Source: Candidatus Terrybacteria bacterium RIFCSPHIGHO2_01_FULL_43_35 | Lineage (GTDB): Bacteria > Patescibacteriota > Minisyncoccia > Terrybacterales > GWB1-40-14 | Reading direction: 5' to 3' | Assembly (NCBI GenBank): GCA_001822815.1 | Contig: MHSR01000016.1 | Coordinates: forward strand, 1-62,913 | Length of the DNA stretch: 62,913 nt | Shown: positions 8,807-18,877 of the stretch, piece after piece | Layout: each line of letters starts with the position of its first letter | Position numbering within the stretch: the stretch's first letter is position 1 | Made by a program: the position numbers and the translations under genes | Notes under the pieces: model-generated | What the model saw: only the letters and a program-made list of their open reading frames with translations | The model's database searches: none | What the model was told of the DNA's origin: nothing

Positions 8807-9373
8807 ATGAGTCATTGTCACCCTCAACATAAAAAACAAAACGAATCGAGTAGTGTTAATATCTCGGGCAAAATAGCAGTAATAATTGGCGCCATAGTAC
8901 TTATCGCGGCTGGAGGAGTTGGATTGCTGTGGATTTCGGCAAATCAATCCACGAATGCCGAAGATAACAACAGCGGAGGCATACCTAAAACAGTTATAGA
9001 ACCAACCGATATTGATTTTGGAACGATACCCATGTCTGGCGGCGTTGTGGAACGAACATTTACTGTTCGTAATGAAGGGAATGGAATATTGCGCGTAAGC
9101 CGTTTGGTAACTTCTTGTATGTGCACAACCGCACAGCTGGAAGTTGGAACAGAAAAAAGCCCTAAATTCGGTATGGCTGGTCACGGTCTTTCATCGCGCG
9201 CCTGGTCAATGGACATACCAGAAGGAACGGGAGGAATTTTACACGTGTTCTTTGATCCAAATGCTCACGGACCAAGCGGTGTGGGGCCCATCAGTAGAAC
9301 TATTTCATTTGAGACTAATGATCCCGAGAATGAAAATATCGAGGTAGCCTTTAAGGGGTTGGTTGTTCGTTAA
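8807..9373 (+). CDS. DUF1573-like Ig-fold membrane-anchored protein
   Basis: DFGTI....VERTFTVRNEG...L.VSRLVTSCMCT pattern; ATG at 8807. Confidence 0.7.
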   Translation: MSHCHPQHKKQNESSSVNISGKIAVIIGAIVLIAAGGVGLLWISANQSTNAEDNNSGGIPKTVIEPTDIDFGTIPMSGGVVERTFTVRNEGNGILRVSRLVTSCMCTTAQLEVGTEKSPKFGMAGHGLSSRAWSMDIPEGTGGILHVFFDPNAHGPSGVGPISRTISFETNDPENENIEVAFKGLVVR

Positions 9374-9381
9374 TATAATAT

Positions 9382-10239
9382 ATGCTATTTGCCAATTTTT
9401 CTTTGCTTACGGCATTTATCGCTGGCATGCTTGCTCTGTTTGCGCCATGTTGTATCGGATTTCTGCTACCGTCTTATCTTGGAACCGTTTTTAAGGAACG
9501 CACAAGAGTTTTTGCTTTAACCGCTGTTTTTGCCGCAGGCATATTTATTGTGTTCTTGCCGATTGGTCTAGGATCTGGAGCTGTTGGTCTGTGGTTAACT
9601 CGTTTCCACGATCAATTTTTCTATCTCGGTAGTGCGATGCTTGTGGTTTTAGGTATCACGCTTCTTTGTGGCAAACTTCCGATGTTGCATATTCCGATTA
9701 CTACTCATTCCGCTGGTCGCATAACCATAGCGAGCATTTTTACAATGGGAATTTTTTCGGGCATTGGTTCTGCGTGTTGCGCACCGGTTTTTGCCGGCGT
9801 AGTTGCGCTTTCAGCTCTTTCGGGAACGCCTATTGGAGGCGTGTTGTTGGCAGCTGCCTATGTGCTGGGCATGGTAGCGCCTTTATTTTTTCTGTCCTGG
9901 ACAATTGATAGAACAAAAGTGTTACAGCGTTTCTCTTTGCTTCAGCGTAAGATTATCTGGCGAGTGGGATCGTGGCATAGCGAGACGCTGGTCGCGCATG
10001 CCTGTGCCGGAATTATTTTTATCGGCGCCGGTTTATTTGTTGCGTGGCTTACGTTACAAGGAAAAGTGATGAGCGTGGTTACATGGCGCGATAGCGTTCA
10101 AGTTGGTTGGGTTCAAGCATTGGAGCAAAAGCTATCATGGCTCGGCGTCATACCGGATTTGTTTTGGCTTGCCGGATTATTTGTCGCGATAGCCATGATT
10201 GTTATTGCAGTTTTGCGACAACAAAAATCAAAAAATTAA
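9382..10239 (+). CDS. CcdA/DsbD-family transmembrane thiol-exchange protein
   Basis: AFIAGMLALFAPCC...LPSYL and SACCAPVFAGV; LAAAYVLGM..PL. Confidence 0.8.
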   Translation: MLFANFSLLTAFIAGMLALFAPCCIGFLLPSYLGTVFKERTRVFALTAVFAAGIFIVFLPIGLGSGAVGLWLTRFHDQFFYLGSAMLVVLGITLLCGKLPMLHIPITTHSAGRITIASIFTMGIFSGIGSACCAPVFAGVVALSALSGTPIGGVLLAAAYVLGMVAPLFFLSWTIDRTKVLQRFSLLQRKIIWRVGSWHSETLVAHACAGIIFIGAGLFVAWLTLQGKVMSVVTWRDSVQVGWVQALEQKLSWLGVIPDLFWLAGLFVAIAMIVIAVLRQQKSKN

Positions 10240-10242
10240 AAA

Positions 10243-11268
10243 ATGAAAAATATGTTTACACTAAAAAGTTTATTCAAGCGTTTTTTAAAGAGGAAACAGG
10301 TGCGTCAGTCTCCGCTTGAGGAAATTAATACGATGATTACGTCCATAAAATACCATTCTCCCGATAGCGGATCATTGATCCTTATGTTGGCGGTGTCATT
10401 GGTATTCTTCTATCTGGCACAGATCGGCTACATTCCGTTTTCGGGACAAAGGCCGAGCGCCACATCAGTAAATACTCCGGCGTCCGGCATAGATAAAAAT
10501 CTTGAAGCAGTTGTTTTCCCGACGAAAGGTATTACTGTTGCCGCGCGTTGGGGCGATGCGATAGGTAAACTTGTTGACGCTGGCGTTATTGACCAAGACA
10601 AATTCACCGCGACTATGGAACAAGATGGAACTGCATTGACAATAGAAGAGTTGGCAATACTTGGAGGAGACGATGGCATAAAAAATAGGCAATTAGTGTT
10701 CACCGCAGCAAATAGCCGTTTTATGGTTGATGCACTTTGGGCGCTTGGTCTTGCTCAAGAAAGCAAAGTTTTATTAGAGGGGCCGATGAAAGGTACTGAT
10801 ACCGCATCACTGGCCTCAACGGGTGGTTGGACTTTGGGAAAGAAAGACGCTATGTCGTATTACGGCAAATTTAATCTTTTGAATTTAAATGATGCTGATC
10901 AGGAAAGAGTTTTGCAGATCACCTCGCAGATATACAGACCGTGTTGTGGCAACTCAACCGCATTTCCCGATTGTAATCACGGTATGGCAATGCTTGGTTT
11001 AGTTGAACTCATGATTAGTCAGGAAGCAAGTGATAACCAGATTTTTGAAGCGGCGAAAGCGGCCAATGCTTTTTGGTTTCCAGATTCAACGCTTGAACTT
11101 GCCGCTTACTTTCAGACCATTAAGAATATTTCGTGGCAAAAAGTTAGCCCTGTAACGGCAGTCAGCGCTGAATATGCGAGTTCTCAAGGCGCGCAAAAAA
11201 TTAATCAAGCGTTGCAGGAACAAGGAACGCTTCCCCAAGCTCGTGGCGGTGGTTCCTGCGGAGCATAA
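10243..11268 (+). CDS. hypothetical exported protein with Cys/His cluster
   Basis: One TM, then YRPCCGNSTAFPDCNHGMAM and C-terminal GGSCGA. Confidence 0.75.
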   Translation: MKNMFTLKSLFKRFLKRKQVRQSPLEEINTMITSIKYHSPDSGSLILMLAVSLVFFYLAQIGYIPFSGQRPSATSVNTPASGIDKNLEAVVFPTKGITVAARWGDAIGKLVDAGVIDQDKFTATMEQDGTALTIEELAILGGDDGIKNRQLVFTAANSRFMVDALWALGLAQESKVLLEGPMKGTDTASLASTGGWTLGKKDAMSYYGKFNLLNLNDADQERVLQITSQIYRPCCGNSTAFPDCNHGMAMLGLVELMISQEASDNQIFEAAKAANAFWFPDSTLELAAYFQTIKNISWQKVSPVTAVSAEYASSQGAQKINQALQEQGTLPQARGGGSCGA

Positions 11269-11413
11269 TATAATTAAGCATTCATTAAAGGTGTTTTGTT
11301 TAAGCTTTTCAAGAGGCCTCAGAATGCCAAGATGTTTTTGCTCCCTGTTTTTGGTGGGGTTCTTTAAAAGGCGTATAATATGGATATTATTAAATCTAAA
11401 AACTAAAAATCTC

Positions 11414-11905
11414 ATGAAACCAAAACATGTTTTATATAGCTTAGCCGTGGCGGCGATTGCATTCTTCGGAACTGTTCAGTATACAAACGCCCATCAGAGT
11501 ATGACGGATAATTCGTTTATGCGGCAGATGATGGGTCAGCAGACGCTCTATTCTATGGAACAAATGGAAGATCAAATGATGGGCGATGCTAACCACGAGC
11601 GAATGGAAGAGTTGATGGATAAATTGTTTGCCGGTACGTTATCTTCTGAAGAGCAAAGCGAAATGACGGCAATGATGCAAAATCAACAAACAGGAGCCGG
11701 AGCCATGTTAGGAATGATGGGCATGATGACTTCGCGCATGATGCAAAATGCCGGAATCGGCAATTCTTCAATGATGGGCTTTAATTATCCGATGAACGTA
11801 TGGGGCGGTACATGGTTATATAGTCTGTTGCTATTCGTATGGTTGGTTGTGGGCATTCTTGCGGCCATATGGTTATTCAAACAGATTTTAAAGAAGAACC
11901 AATAA
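11414..11905 (+). CDS. Met-rich exported protein with C-terminal TM
   Basis: Signal peptide, many Met/His residues, C-terminal hydrophobic helix; ATG at 11414. Confidence 0.7.
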   Translation: MKPKHVLYSLAVAAIAFFGTVQYTNAHQSMTDNSFMRQMMGQQTLYSMEQMEDQMMGDANHERMEELMDKLFAGTLSSEEQSEMTAMMQNQQTGAGAMLGMMGMMTSRMMQNAGIGNSSMMGFNYPMNVWGGTWLYSLLLFVWLVVGILAAIWLFKQILKKNQ

Positions 11906-11922
11906 AGTTATGAATAGATAAG

Positions 11923-12354
11923 ATGTCGCGAAGCCCGTTCATCGCAGGAACGTTTGGCGCTACTGTCCTTTTGGCGCTGTACTTCATTATAGTTACAGCG
12001 ATTTCGGGATGGGAATTTGCGCAAAGCCAATTCGCGTCCTTTTGGTATTATATTCTTGCGCTTGCAACTGGGTTTGGGATTCAAGTAGGACTCTACCAGT
12101 ATCTTAGACACGCAATTCAGCGCGGGAAAGGCACCGGTAAAGTTCTTGCCGTTACAGGGACGAATTCAACGGTCGCAATGATTTCATGTTGTGCGCATTA
12201 TCTCGCTAATATTCTTCCCGCGCTTGGCGCAACCGGTATTTTGGCGCTCGTCGGTCAGTATCAAATTGAGCTTTTCTGGATCGGGTTGGTATCCAATGCA
12301 TTCGGCATCGCCTACATCACAAGAAAAATACTTCAGTATGAGAAAAATGTCTAA
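11923..12354 (+). CDS. small membrane protein with CCAH motif
   Basis: About 4 TM segments; MISCCAHYL. Confidence 0.7.
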   Translation: MSRSPFIAGTFGATVLLALYFIIVTAISGWEFAQSQFASFWYYILALATGFGIQVGLYQYLRHAIQRGKGTGKVLAVTGTNSTVAMISCCAHYLANILPALGATGILALVGQYQIELFWIGLVSNAFGIAYITRKILQYEKNV

Positions 12355-12772
12355 ACAATTTATCGTCGTAGCAGTCCTTATTTTTATTGCTGGTGGATTT
12401 CTTTACCTACAGGAAGATCGACGGACTGAAGATTTACCACTCTCCCAGCAGTTTGAAGAAAAGACCACATCTATAGATGGCATAACCATCGTGGTGCAGC
12501 CGGAGTTGTTTGATGATGATAATTTGACGTTTTCGATCCAGCTCACTACGCATAGCGGAGATCTTTCGATGTATAGTCCGGGAAGCAACATTCGTTTAAA
12601 GAGCGGAGACGAAGAGCTGGTACCATTGCGCGCCGAGAATGTTTCTGGCTCAGGACCATCGGAACATCACCGCGAACTTATCGTCGTCTTTCCAGGTTCG
12701 CCGAGTAGCTCGTTTGCGCTCGTGCTCCTACAGCTCGCGGGTGCTACTGAGACGACACTTCAGTGGCCTTAA
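12347..12772 (+). CDS. exported beta-rich protein with His motifs
   Basis: ATG at 12347 overlapping the upstream gene end; TM, then THSGDL and HHRE motifs. Confidence 0.7.
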   Translation: MSKQFIVVAVLIFIAGGFLYLQEDRRTEDLPLSQQFEEKTTSIDGITIVVQPELFDDDNLTFSIQLTTHSGDLSMYSPGSNIRLKSGDEELVPLRAENVSGSGPSEHHRELIVVFPGSPSSSFALVLLQLAGATETTLQWP

Positions 12773-12827
12773 TGATATTCGCATTTTAAGTTCAGCAGCC
12801 TATTTAAAAGTAATAAAATAAAAAAGT

Positions 12828-13625
12828 ATGAATACAAATCTACACATACAAGAACTCATTAATCTTAAGGGCAAAACCGCCATCGTTACCGGCGGTGCTA
12901 TGGGCATCGGATTCGGCATCGCGTACCGCCTGGCTGAGGCTGGCACGAATACAGTTATTGCCGATCTCAACGAAGAAGCAGGCAATAAAGCGGCCAAAGA
13001 ATTAAATGACAACGGCTGGAAGGCGGTCTATATCAAAACCGATGTTGCCGACGAACAGCAGGTTAAGGCTACGACCGATTTTACCGTAAAGACGTATGGC
13101 CGCATTGATACTCTTGTAAACAATGCCGGCATCTATCCGATCATTCCGGTGATGCAGATGACGCCCGGGGATTTCGAAAAAATCTTAGCCGTTAATCTCA
13201 AAAGCGCTTTTCTTTTCACAAAAGCAGTCGCAGAAGTCATGATCAAACAAGACAGAGGCGGCAAAATAATCAATATCACATCGATTGATGCGCTCCATCC
13301 TTCCTCCGTGGGATTGGCGGTCTACGATGCTTCCAAGCACGGTCTTTGGGGGTTCACCAAAAATACGGCATTGGAGCTTGCGCCTCACAATATTCAGGTC
13401 AATGCTATTGCTCCAGGCGGCATTGCTACGCCGGGTACCGGAGCTGAAAAACCGGTAACTCCCGACATGGAAGCTATACTGAGAAAGTTTTTGGAAAAGA
13501 TCCCGATGAAACGTATGGGTGATCCGGACGACATCGGCAAGGTTGCCTTATTTCTTGCTTCCGACCTTTCAAGTTACATGACCGGTTCGCAGATTGTGGT
13601 GGATGGGGGTGTGCTACTCTCATAA
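12828..13625 (+). CDS. short-chain dehydrogenase/reductase (SDR)
   Basis: TGGAMGIG, NNAG, catalytic YDASK, VNAIAPG, TGSQIVVDGG. Confidence 0.95.
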   Translation: MNTNLHIQELINLKGKTAIVTGGAMGIGFGIAYRLAEAGTNTVIADLNEEAGNKAAKELNDNGWKAVYIKTDVADEQQVKATTDFTVKTYGRIDTLVNNAGIYPIIPVMQMTPGDFEKILAVNLKSAFLFTKAVAEVMIKQDRGGKIINITSIDALHPSSVGLAVYDASKHGLWGFTKNTALELAPHNIQVNAIAPGGIATPGTGAEKPVTPDMEAILRKFLEKIPMKRMGDPDDIGKVALFLASDLSSYMTGSQIVVDGGVLLS

Positions 13626-13738
13626 TTTGCTTCATTAAATAAATTGCATCAAGCCCTCAAATTCTGATGGGCAGCATATCGCAGTATTTAGAGGCGGGAA
13701 CGATGCTCTCGTTTAACAAAGACTAATTAACCGTTATT

Positions 13739-14227
13739 ATGCGACATTATCAGTATGAAGAAAGCGTCGTGATTCCCGCGAGTCCTGAAGATACATTCGC
13801 GTATGTGGACAACCACACTCGTTTTTCATCGCACATGACTAAGTCATCCTGGATGATGGGCGGCGGGCGTATGAATGTTTCGGTTGATGCCGGGCGCGGT
13901 CAGGAGGTTGGTTCTCATATTCGTCTGAGCGGCAAAGCTTTTGGAATTCCGTTGTCTCTTGATGAGGTAGTCATACGCCACGAGTCGCCGCGCGTGAAAG
14001 TGTGGGAGACTGTTGGGATACCCAAACTTATTGTGGTTGGTCATTATCAAATGAAAATCGAAGTGAGTCCGCAAGACGGAAAATCACTGCTGCGTGTAGC
14101 CATTAATTACGAACTACCAAAGACGAGTGCGTGGTTGGGGAGACTGTTTGGGCGGACATATGCAAAATGGTGCGTCCGACAGATGATTAAGGACGCGCGC
14201 GACCAATCTTTCGCGCGGCAGATATGA
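13739..14227 (+). CDS. SRPBCC/polyketide cyclase-like protein
   Basis: EESVVIPASPEDTFAYVD start and C-terminal helix typical of the START/SRPBCC fold. Confidence 0.75.
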   Translation: MRHYQYEESVVIPASPEDTFAYVDNHTRFSSHMTKSSWMMGGGRMNVSVDAGRGQEVGSHIRLSGKAFGIPLSLDEVVIRHESPRVKVWETVGIPKLIVVGHYQMKIEVSPQDGKSLLRVAINYELPKTSAWLGRLFGRTYAKWCVRQMIKDARDQSFARQI

Positions 14228-14247
14228 AATAGGTAAAGGAGGTGGGT

Positions 14248-14463
14248 ATGATGAAAAAATCAACATTAATGCATGGCGTATCGATTATTGCAGGGATCTG
14301 GGGCGGGCTTGCATTGCTTACGGCATGGATCGCAGGAAAGGGTGGGACGGCATTCAGCTTTTCTCAACAGCATCTTTATAATGACGCAATCGTGCTTCAG
14401 CTTATCGCGATTTCCTCCGGTGTCTGTGCGGCGTATCGCCGACAAGTAGAGCGCGAAGGGTAA
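14248..14463 (+). CDS. small two-TM membrane protein
   Basis: SD AGGAGG 5 nt before ATG 14248; two hydrophobic segments. Confidence 0.6.
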   Translation: MMKKSTLMHGVSIIAGIWGGLALLTAWIAGKGGTAFSFSQQHLYNDAIVLQLIAISSGVCAAYRRQVEREG

Positions 14464-14491
14464 GAGATTATTATTCAATCTCTAAAAATAG

Positions 14492-16597
14492 ATGGATCAA
14501 TACTACACATGTCCAATGCATCCGAATGTCCAGCAGAAAACTCCCGGACGTTGTTTAGAATGCGGAATGGAACTCGTTCTGGAAAAGGCTAAGTTGCGAA
14601 GAGGTGAACACGCAGTACATCTGGAGCCCGATAAGCACGAAGGTCATAGCCTTGTGATGTTCGCAAGGAAATTTTGGGTGAGTACATTGCTTACTATTCC
14701 TGTTGTTCTCTATTCGGATATTCTCGATGAGCTTTTTGAATGGCAAGCGCCAGCTTTTCCGGGTTCACTGCCTTTGCCAGCGATCTTAGGATCGGCCATC
14801 TTTTTCTACGGCGGCTGGATATTTCTTATTGGTGCTTGGCGCGAGATCCGCGGACGGCTTCCCGGCATGATGACGCTGATCGCTCTGGCAATAGGAACAG
14901 CCTATCTTTACAGCATCGCCGTTGTCCTTGGAGTCCCAGGGAAACCTCTTTTTTGGGAGCTCTCAACGTTAATTACTGTAATGTTACTTGGTCACTGGAT
15001 GGAAATGCGAGCAGTACAAGGAGCTCAGGGGGCGCTCAAGGAACTTTCTAAACTTTTGCCCGATACAGCCGAAATTATACGGGATGGGAAGCCCCAGATT
15101 ATTCCACTATTGGAGCTTCGCGTGGACGATCATATCCTTGTGCGGCCCGGCGCCCGCATTCCTGCAGACGGCGTTGTTGAAGATGGAGTTGCGGACGTGA
15201 ACGAGGCAATCGTGACCGGTGAATCGCGGCCGGTGCGCAAAGAACCTGGTAGCGACGTTATCGCGGGAATAACGAATGGGGATGGCGCGTTGACCGTGCG
15301 GATCACAAAAATCGGAGAGGAAACGTTTCTCTCTGGTGTTATGCGCCTAGTACGCGAGGCGCAAGCATCTAAATCACGACTACAGACGCTTTCTGATCGT
15401 GCGGCACGCTATCTTACAGTCATCGCGGTCGGCACTGCTCTTATCACGTTTATTGCCTGGCTTATCGTAGGAGCGGAGTTTGGGTTTACTATCGAGCGCG
15501 TTGTAGCGGTTCTTGTGATTGCGTGTCCGCACGCATTGGGACTTGCCGTTCCGCTGGTTGTTGCGATTTCAACGACCATGGCCGTTCACAACGGATTTCT
15601 CGTACGCAATCGTCTTGCCCTTGAAGCAGCTCGGACGATCGATACGGTACTTTTTGACAAGACCGGTACGCTTACAAAGGGAGAGTATGGTGTAACGGAT
15701 ATCATCACCGGTGGTCATGAGGACGTTTTAGAGATACTTCGTATCGCTGCAGCAGTTGATGCTCCATCTGAACATCCGGTCGCACGAGCGATCGTGAAAC
15801 AAGCTGAAATCGAAGGAATTTTGATCACTCCCGTGCAAGGGTTCGAGAGGCTTGCGGGCAAAGGGAGTAAGGGTATTTTTAAAGGAGCAGAGGTATTCAT
15901 TGGCGGCACCGCAATTCTCGAACACGCCCGCATAGATGTTTCAGCCGCGTTGAAACAGCGCATTGAAGAGGAGAAGATAAAAGGGAAGACCGTGGTTTAT
16001 GTTTTGCGGAACGGAAATCCTATCGGCGCAATCGCTCTCGCCGATCTTATTCGCGACGAATCTCGCGATGCGATAAAATCGTTGAAAGAGCTTGGAGTTT
16101 CGGTTGGGATGATCACGGGAGATGCTGAAGCCGTTGCAAAACGGGTGGCTTTAGAGCTAGGAATCGACGAGTATTTTTCTGAAGTGCGGCCAGAGGAAAA
16201 ATCCGAAAAAGTAAAGATTCTTCAAAAGAAAGGAAAAAAAGTAGTGATGGTTGGTGATGGAGTCAATGACGCGCCAGCGCTGACGCAAGCGGATGTTGGT
16301 ATCGCGATTGGTGCAGGTACGAACATTGCCATTGAGTCAGCCGGTATTATTCTTGTTCGCAACGATCCGCGTGATATTCCAAGGATTATCCGTCTTTCGC
16401 GTATAACATATACGAAAATGGTCCAGAATCTCTTTTGGGCGACTGGTTATAATGTCGTAGCAATTCCTCTTGCCGCAGGAGTTCTAGCTTCCAAGGGAAT
16501 ATTGTTACAACCCGCCTTGGCGGCACTTTTCATGTCGTTTTCTACGGTGATTGTTGCAGTAAACGCGGTACTTCTCCGGCGCAAAACACTTATTTGA
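14492..16597 (+). CDS. copper-translocating P1B-type ATPase (CPH, CopB/P1B-3-like) with N-terminal heavy-metal-binding domain
   Basis: YTCPMHP...[39 protein letters not shown] and MSFS membrane motifs. Confidence 0.92.
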   Translation: MDQYYTCPMHPNVQQKTPGRCLECGMELVLEKAKLRRGEHAVHLEPDKHEGHSLVMFARKFWVSTLLTIPVVLYSDILDELFEWQAPAFPGSLPLPAILGSAIFFYGGWIFLIGAWREIRGRLPGMMTLIALAIGTAYLYSIAVVLGVPGKPLFWELSTLITVMLLGHWMEMRAVQGAQGALKELSKLLPDTAEIIRDGKPQIIPLLELRVDDHILVRPGARIPADGVVEDGVADVNEAIVTGESRPVRKEPGSDVIAGITNGDGALTVRITKIGEETFLSGVMRLVREAQASKSRLQTLSDRAARYLTVIAVGTALITFIAWLIVGAEFGFTIERVVAVLVIACPHALGLAVPLVVAISTTMAVHNGFLVRNRLALEAARTIDTVLFDKTGTLTKGEYGVTDIITGGHEDVLEILRIAAAVDAPSEHPVARAIVKQAEIEGILITPVQGFERLAGKGSKGIFKGAEVFIGGTAILEHARIDVSAALKQRIEEEKIKGKTVVYVLRNGNPIGAIALADLIRDESRDAIKSLKELGVSVGMITGDAEAVAKRVALELGIDEYFSEVRPEEKSEKVKILQKKGKKVVMVGDGVNDAPALTQADVGIAIGAGTNIAIESAGIILVRNDPRDIPRIIRLSRITYTKMVQNLFWATGYNVVAIPLAAGVLASKGILLQPALAALFMSFSTVIVAVNAVLLRRKTLI

Positions 16598-16645
16598 TAT
16601 AACAATAGTTAATAAGGGAATATTTTTTATAAATTAGTGCATGTT

Positions 16646-16906
16646 ATGAAAAACATCTTTGCCATGATTCTTATATCCTTAAGCTTTCTAGTGATTATAT
16701 TCGGAATAAATATTCAAAGAACGATGCTGGGCGGGTGGATATTCCCTCTCACCTTTAATGCTCCGTATAATCAAATGATGAATGGTGGAATATTCGATTT
16801 TATTGTTTGGATTTTTATGATTTTGTGGTGGGTTGTTATTTTTCTGGCTATTATCGCTTTGTTAAAATGGTTTGCAGGTCCTGATGGCAAACAAGATATC
16901 AAATAA
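16646..16906 (+). CDS. small membrane protein
   Basis: Two hydrophobic segments with a QMMNGG linker; alternative GTG start at 16637. Confidence 0.55.
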   Translation: MKNIFAMILISLSFLVIIFGINIQRTMLGGWIFPLTFNAPYNQMMNGGIFDFIVWIFMILWWVVIFLAIIALLKWFAGPDGKQDIK

Positions 16907-17020
16907 AGGAGTAAAATCAAGGTAAGGCCGCATTAGTCGTTCTTGGCAAGCAATATATCCGAGGCGGAATAGTCGGAAAGTGTTATAATATAAGCAACAT
17001 TAATTTTAAAAATTAATTAT

Positions 17021-17599
17021 ATGATCAAGCTAAAAAATATATTTCAATCACGACAAATAGAAATAAAAGATCCGCCCATTGTGCACAAGTTATTTTCCGA
17101 AGTAGGGCCGTGGAGTTTTGTGTGGTTGGCATTAAGAATTTATCTTGGGTGGGGATGGTTGAGTGCCGGCTGGGAGAAAATTATTGGAGAGGGCGCTCAT
17201 CCATGGGGAGCGCAAGCAATTTTAGGTTTTTGGAATAAAGCAGTTGTAATACCCGCTGCTCCAGCGCGTCCGGCAATTGCTTATGATTGGTATCGTTCTT
17301 TCCTTGATTTTTTAATTAATATTCATGCTGAATCTTGGATGGCACCGCTTGTTGCCTGGGGTGAATTTTTGGTTGGCGTGGGGCTTATTGTCGGCGCGTT
17401 TGTCGGCATTACGGCGTTTTTCGGAGCTTTATTGAATATGAATTTTATGCTTGCCGGAGCCGCATCTACAAATCCTGTTATGCTGCTTCTTGCTATCCTT
17501 CTAATGCTTGCATGGAAAAATGCCGGGTGGTGGGGTTTAGACCGTTGGCTGCTTCCGAAATTAGGAACGCCGTGGTCGCGCGTTAATATTGTAGGCTAA
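17021..17599 (+). CDS. DoxX/DoxD-family membrane protein
   Basis: LRIYLGWGWLSAGWEK, WGEFLVGVGLIVG, MNFMLAG..STNP, AGWWGLDRW. Confidence 0.85.
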   Translation: MIKLKNIFQSRQIEIKDPPIVHKLFSEVGPWSFVWLALRIYLGWGWLSAGWEKIIGEGAHPWGAQAILGFWNKAVVIPAAPARPAIAYDWYRSFLDFLINIHAESWMAPLVAWGEFLVGVGLIVGAFVGITAFFGALLNMNFMLAGAASTNPVMLLLAILLMLAWKNAGWWGLDRWLLPKLGTPWSRVNIVG

Positions 17600-17607
17600 A
17601 TTGGTTT

Positions 17608-18027
17608 ATGTTCTTCAATAAAAAAAAATCCAGCTATCAACAAGGCATACTTCCATATATTGTCGTTCCTATTCTTATAGTCGGTGTTTTTTTGGTGTGG
17701 AAAAATATATATAGTCCCACATCTCCCAAAGCTGAGGCAAAACAATTGTTGGCGGAATGTTTAACCGCAAAAGGCGTAAAAATGTACGGCGCATTTTGGT
17801 GTTCGCACTGCGCTCAACAAAAGAAAGAATTCGGTGATGCTTGGAGAAAAATCTCCTATATTGAATGTTCGCCTAATGGCGACAGGAATGCTTTTGCTCA
17901 AGAATGCAAAGACGCTGATATTAAAGGTTATCCAACGTGGGTTTTTCCAGACGACTCGCGCCTGCAAGGAGAGCAGACCATGGCCAAACTGGCTCAAAAA
18001 TCCGGGTGTACGTTTGAAACACAATGA
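17608..18027 (+). CDS. thioredoxin-like protein (VKOR partner type)
   Basis: MYGAFWCSHC..QK, YIEC, IKGYPTW; overlaps the VKOR start. Confidence 0.85.
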   Translation: MFFNKKKSSYQQGILPYIVVPILIVGVFLVWKNIYSPTSPKAEAKQLLAECLTAKGVKMYGAFWCSHCAQQKKEFGDAWRKISYIECSPNGDRNAFAQECKDADIKGYPTWVFPDDSRLQGEQTMAKLAQKSGCTFETQ

Positions 18028-18431
18028 AAATTAGAACCCTTGTTTCGTTTTTATCGGCGCTGGGGGTCGTAATATCTGTATACGCTCTGTATCAGCACTA
18101 TGGTCCGGTTGGGACAGCGTTTTGCAATATTTCAGACAAATTTTCTTGTGATCTTGTAAACAAAAGTTCGTGGTCGGAAATAGGGGGGATGCCAGTCGCA
18201 TTATTTGGTATTATTGGTTATGCCGCCATTTTTATTCTTACGTTGCACCGCCCGGCATCATGGGAGAAATTGCTGGTTATTTTTACTATCTTAGGCTTTT
18301 TGTTTTCGTTGTATCTTACATATCTTGAAGCTTTTGTAATATTAGTTTGGTGTATTATTTGTCTTGCGTCGATTATAATTATGACCGCGCTTACCTTGTT
18401 GAGCGTGCGGATTTGGCAATCAGCCAAATAG
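18024..18431 (+). CDS. vitamin K epoxide reductase (VKOR) family protein
   Basis: FCNISDKFSCDLVNKSSWS, PVALFG, YLEAFVI..WCIIC. Confidence 0.9.
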   Translation: MKIRTLVSFLSALGVVISVYALYQHYGPVGTAFCNISDKFSCDLVNKSSWSEIGGMPVALFGIIGYAAIFILTLHRPASWEKLLVIFTILGFLFSLYLTYLEAFVILVWCIICLASIIIMTALTLLSVRIWQSAK

Positions 18432-18446
18432 GCTTGTAAGTAATTC

Positions 18447-18629
18447 ATGTCCTCCAGCAGAAAGGCACTTTTGGTATTCATTATTTGTGGCATAATTCTT
18501 GCCACTCTTTTTGTATTGAATTGGTTTTTTATTGTGTGCCCAAAATATAATAATCGGTCTCAATTAGCTGAAGGTCTGGAGGGCGATATTTCAATCAAAA
18601 CTTCGGTAAGCCATTGCCCCAAGTTTTAG
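18447..18629 (+). CDS. small hypothetical membrane protein
   Basis: 60-aa ORF with one TM and two Cys, co-oriented with the cluster. Confidence 0.4.
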   Translation: MSSSRKALLVFIICGIILATLFVLNWFFIVCPKYNNRSQLAEGLEGDISIKTSVSHCPKF

Positions 18630-18683
18630 AGCTTGATTTGCCCTTAGACATAAAATCTGGTACATTTATTTAGTGAATTTATT

Positions 18684-18718
18684 GCCAACGTAGCTCAGTG
18701 ATATAGTCCTGCGGGGAT
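18684..18718 (+). pseudogene. 5' tRNA-Thr-like fragment followed by a collapsed TAGTCC...GGGAT motif
   Basis: GCCAACG-TA-GCTC-AGTG mirrors the start of tRNA-Thr(GGU) 67 bp downstream; followed by TAGTCCTGCGGGGAT. Confidence 0.5.
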
Positions 18719-18750
18719 TTCGTTCTTATGCTAAATTTTGAACTTATCAA

Positions 18751-18822
18751 GCCGATGTAGCTCAGTGGTAGAGCAACTCCATGGTAAGGAGTAGGTCGTC
18801 AGTTCAATCCTGACCATCGGCT
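18751..18822 (+). tRNA. tRNA-Thr(GGU)
   Basis: GCCGATG/CATCGGC, ACTCC-AT-GGT-AA-GGAGT, GTCAG-TTCAATC-CTGAC. Confidence 0.95.
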
Positions 18823-18877
18823 CAAATTTGCAAAGCAAATTTGCCCTGAATTGATTGAAGGGCTACATAAATTAAAA

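Noticed and set aside
8161-18750. Prophage or integrative element with its own recombinase
   Set aside because: No integrase, transposase, terminase or structural genes were recognised, and no clear long direct repeats were seen at the ends.
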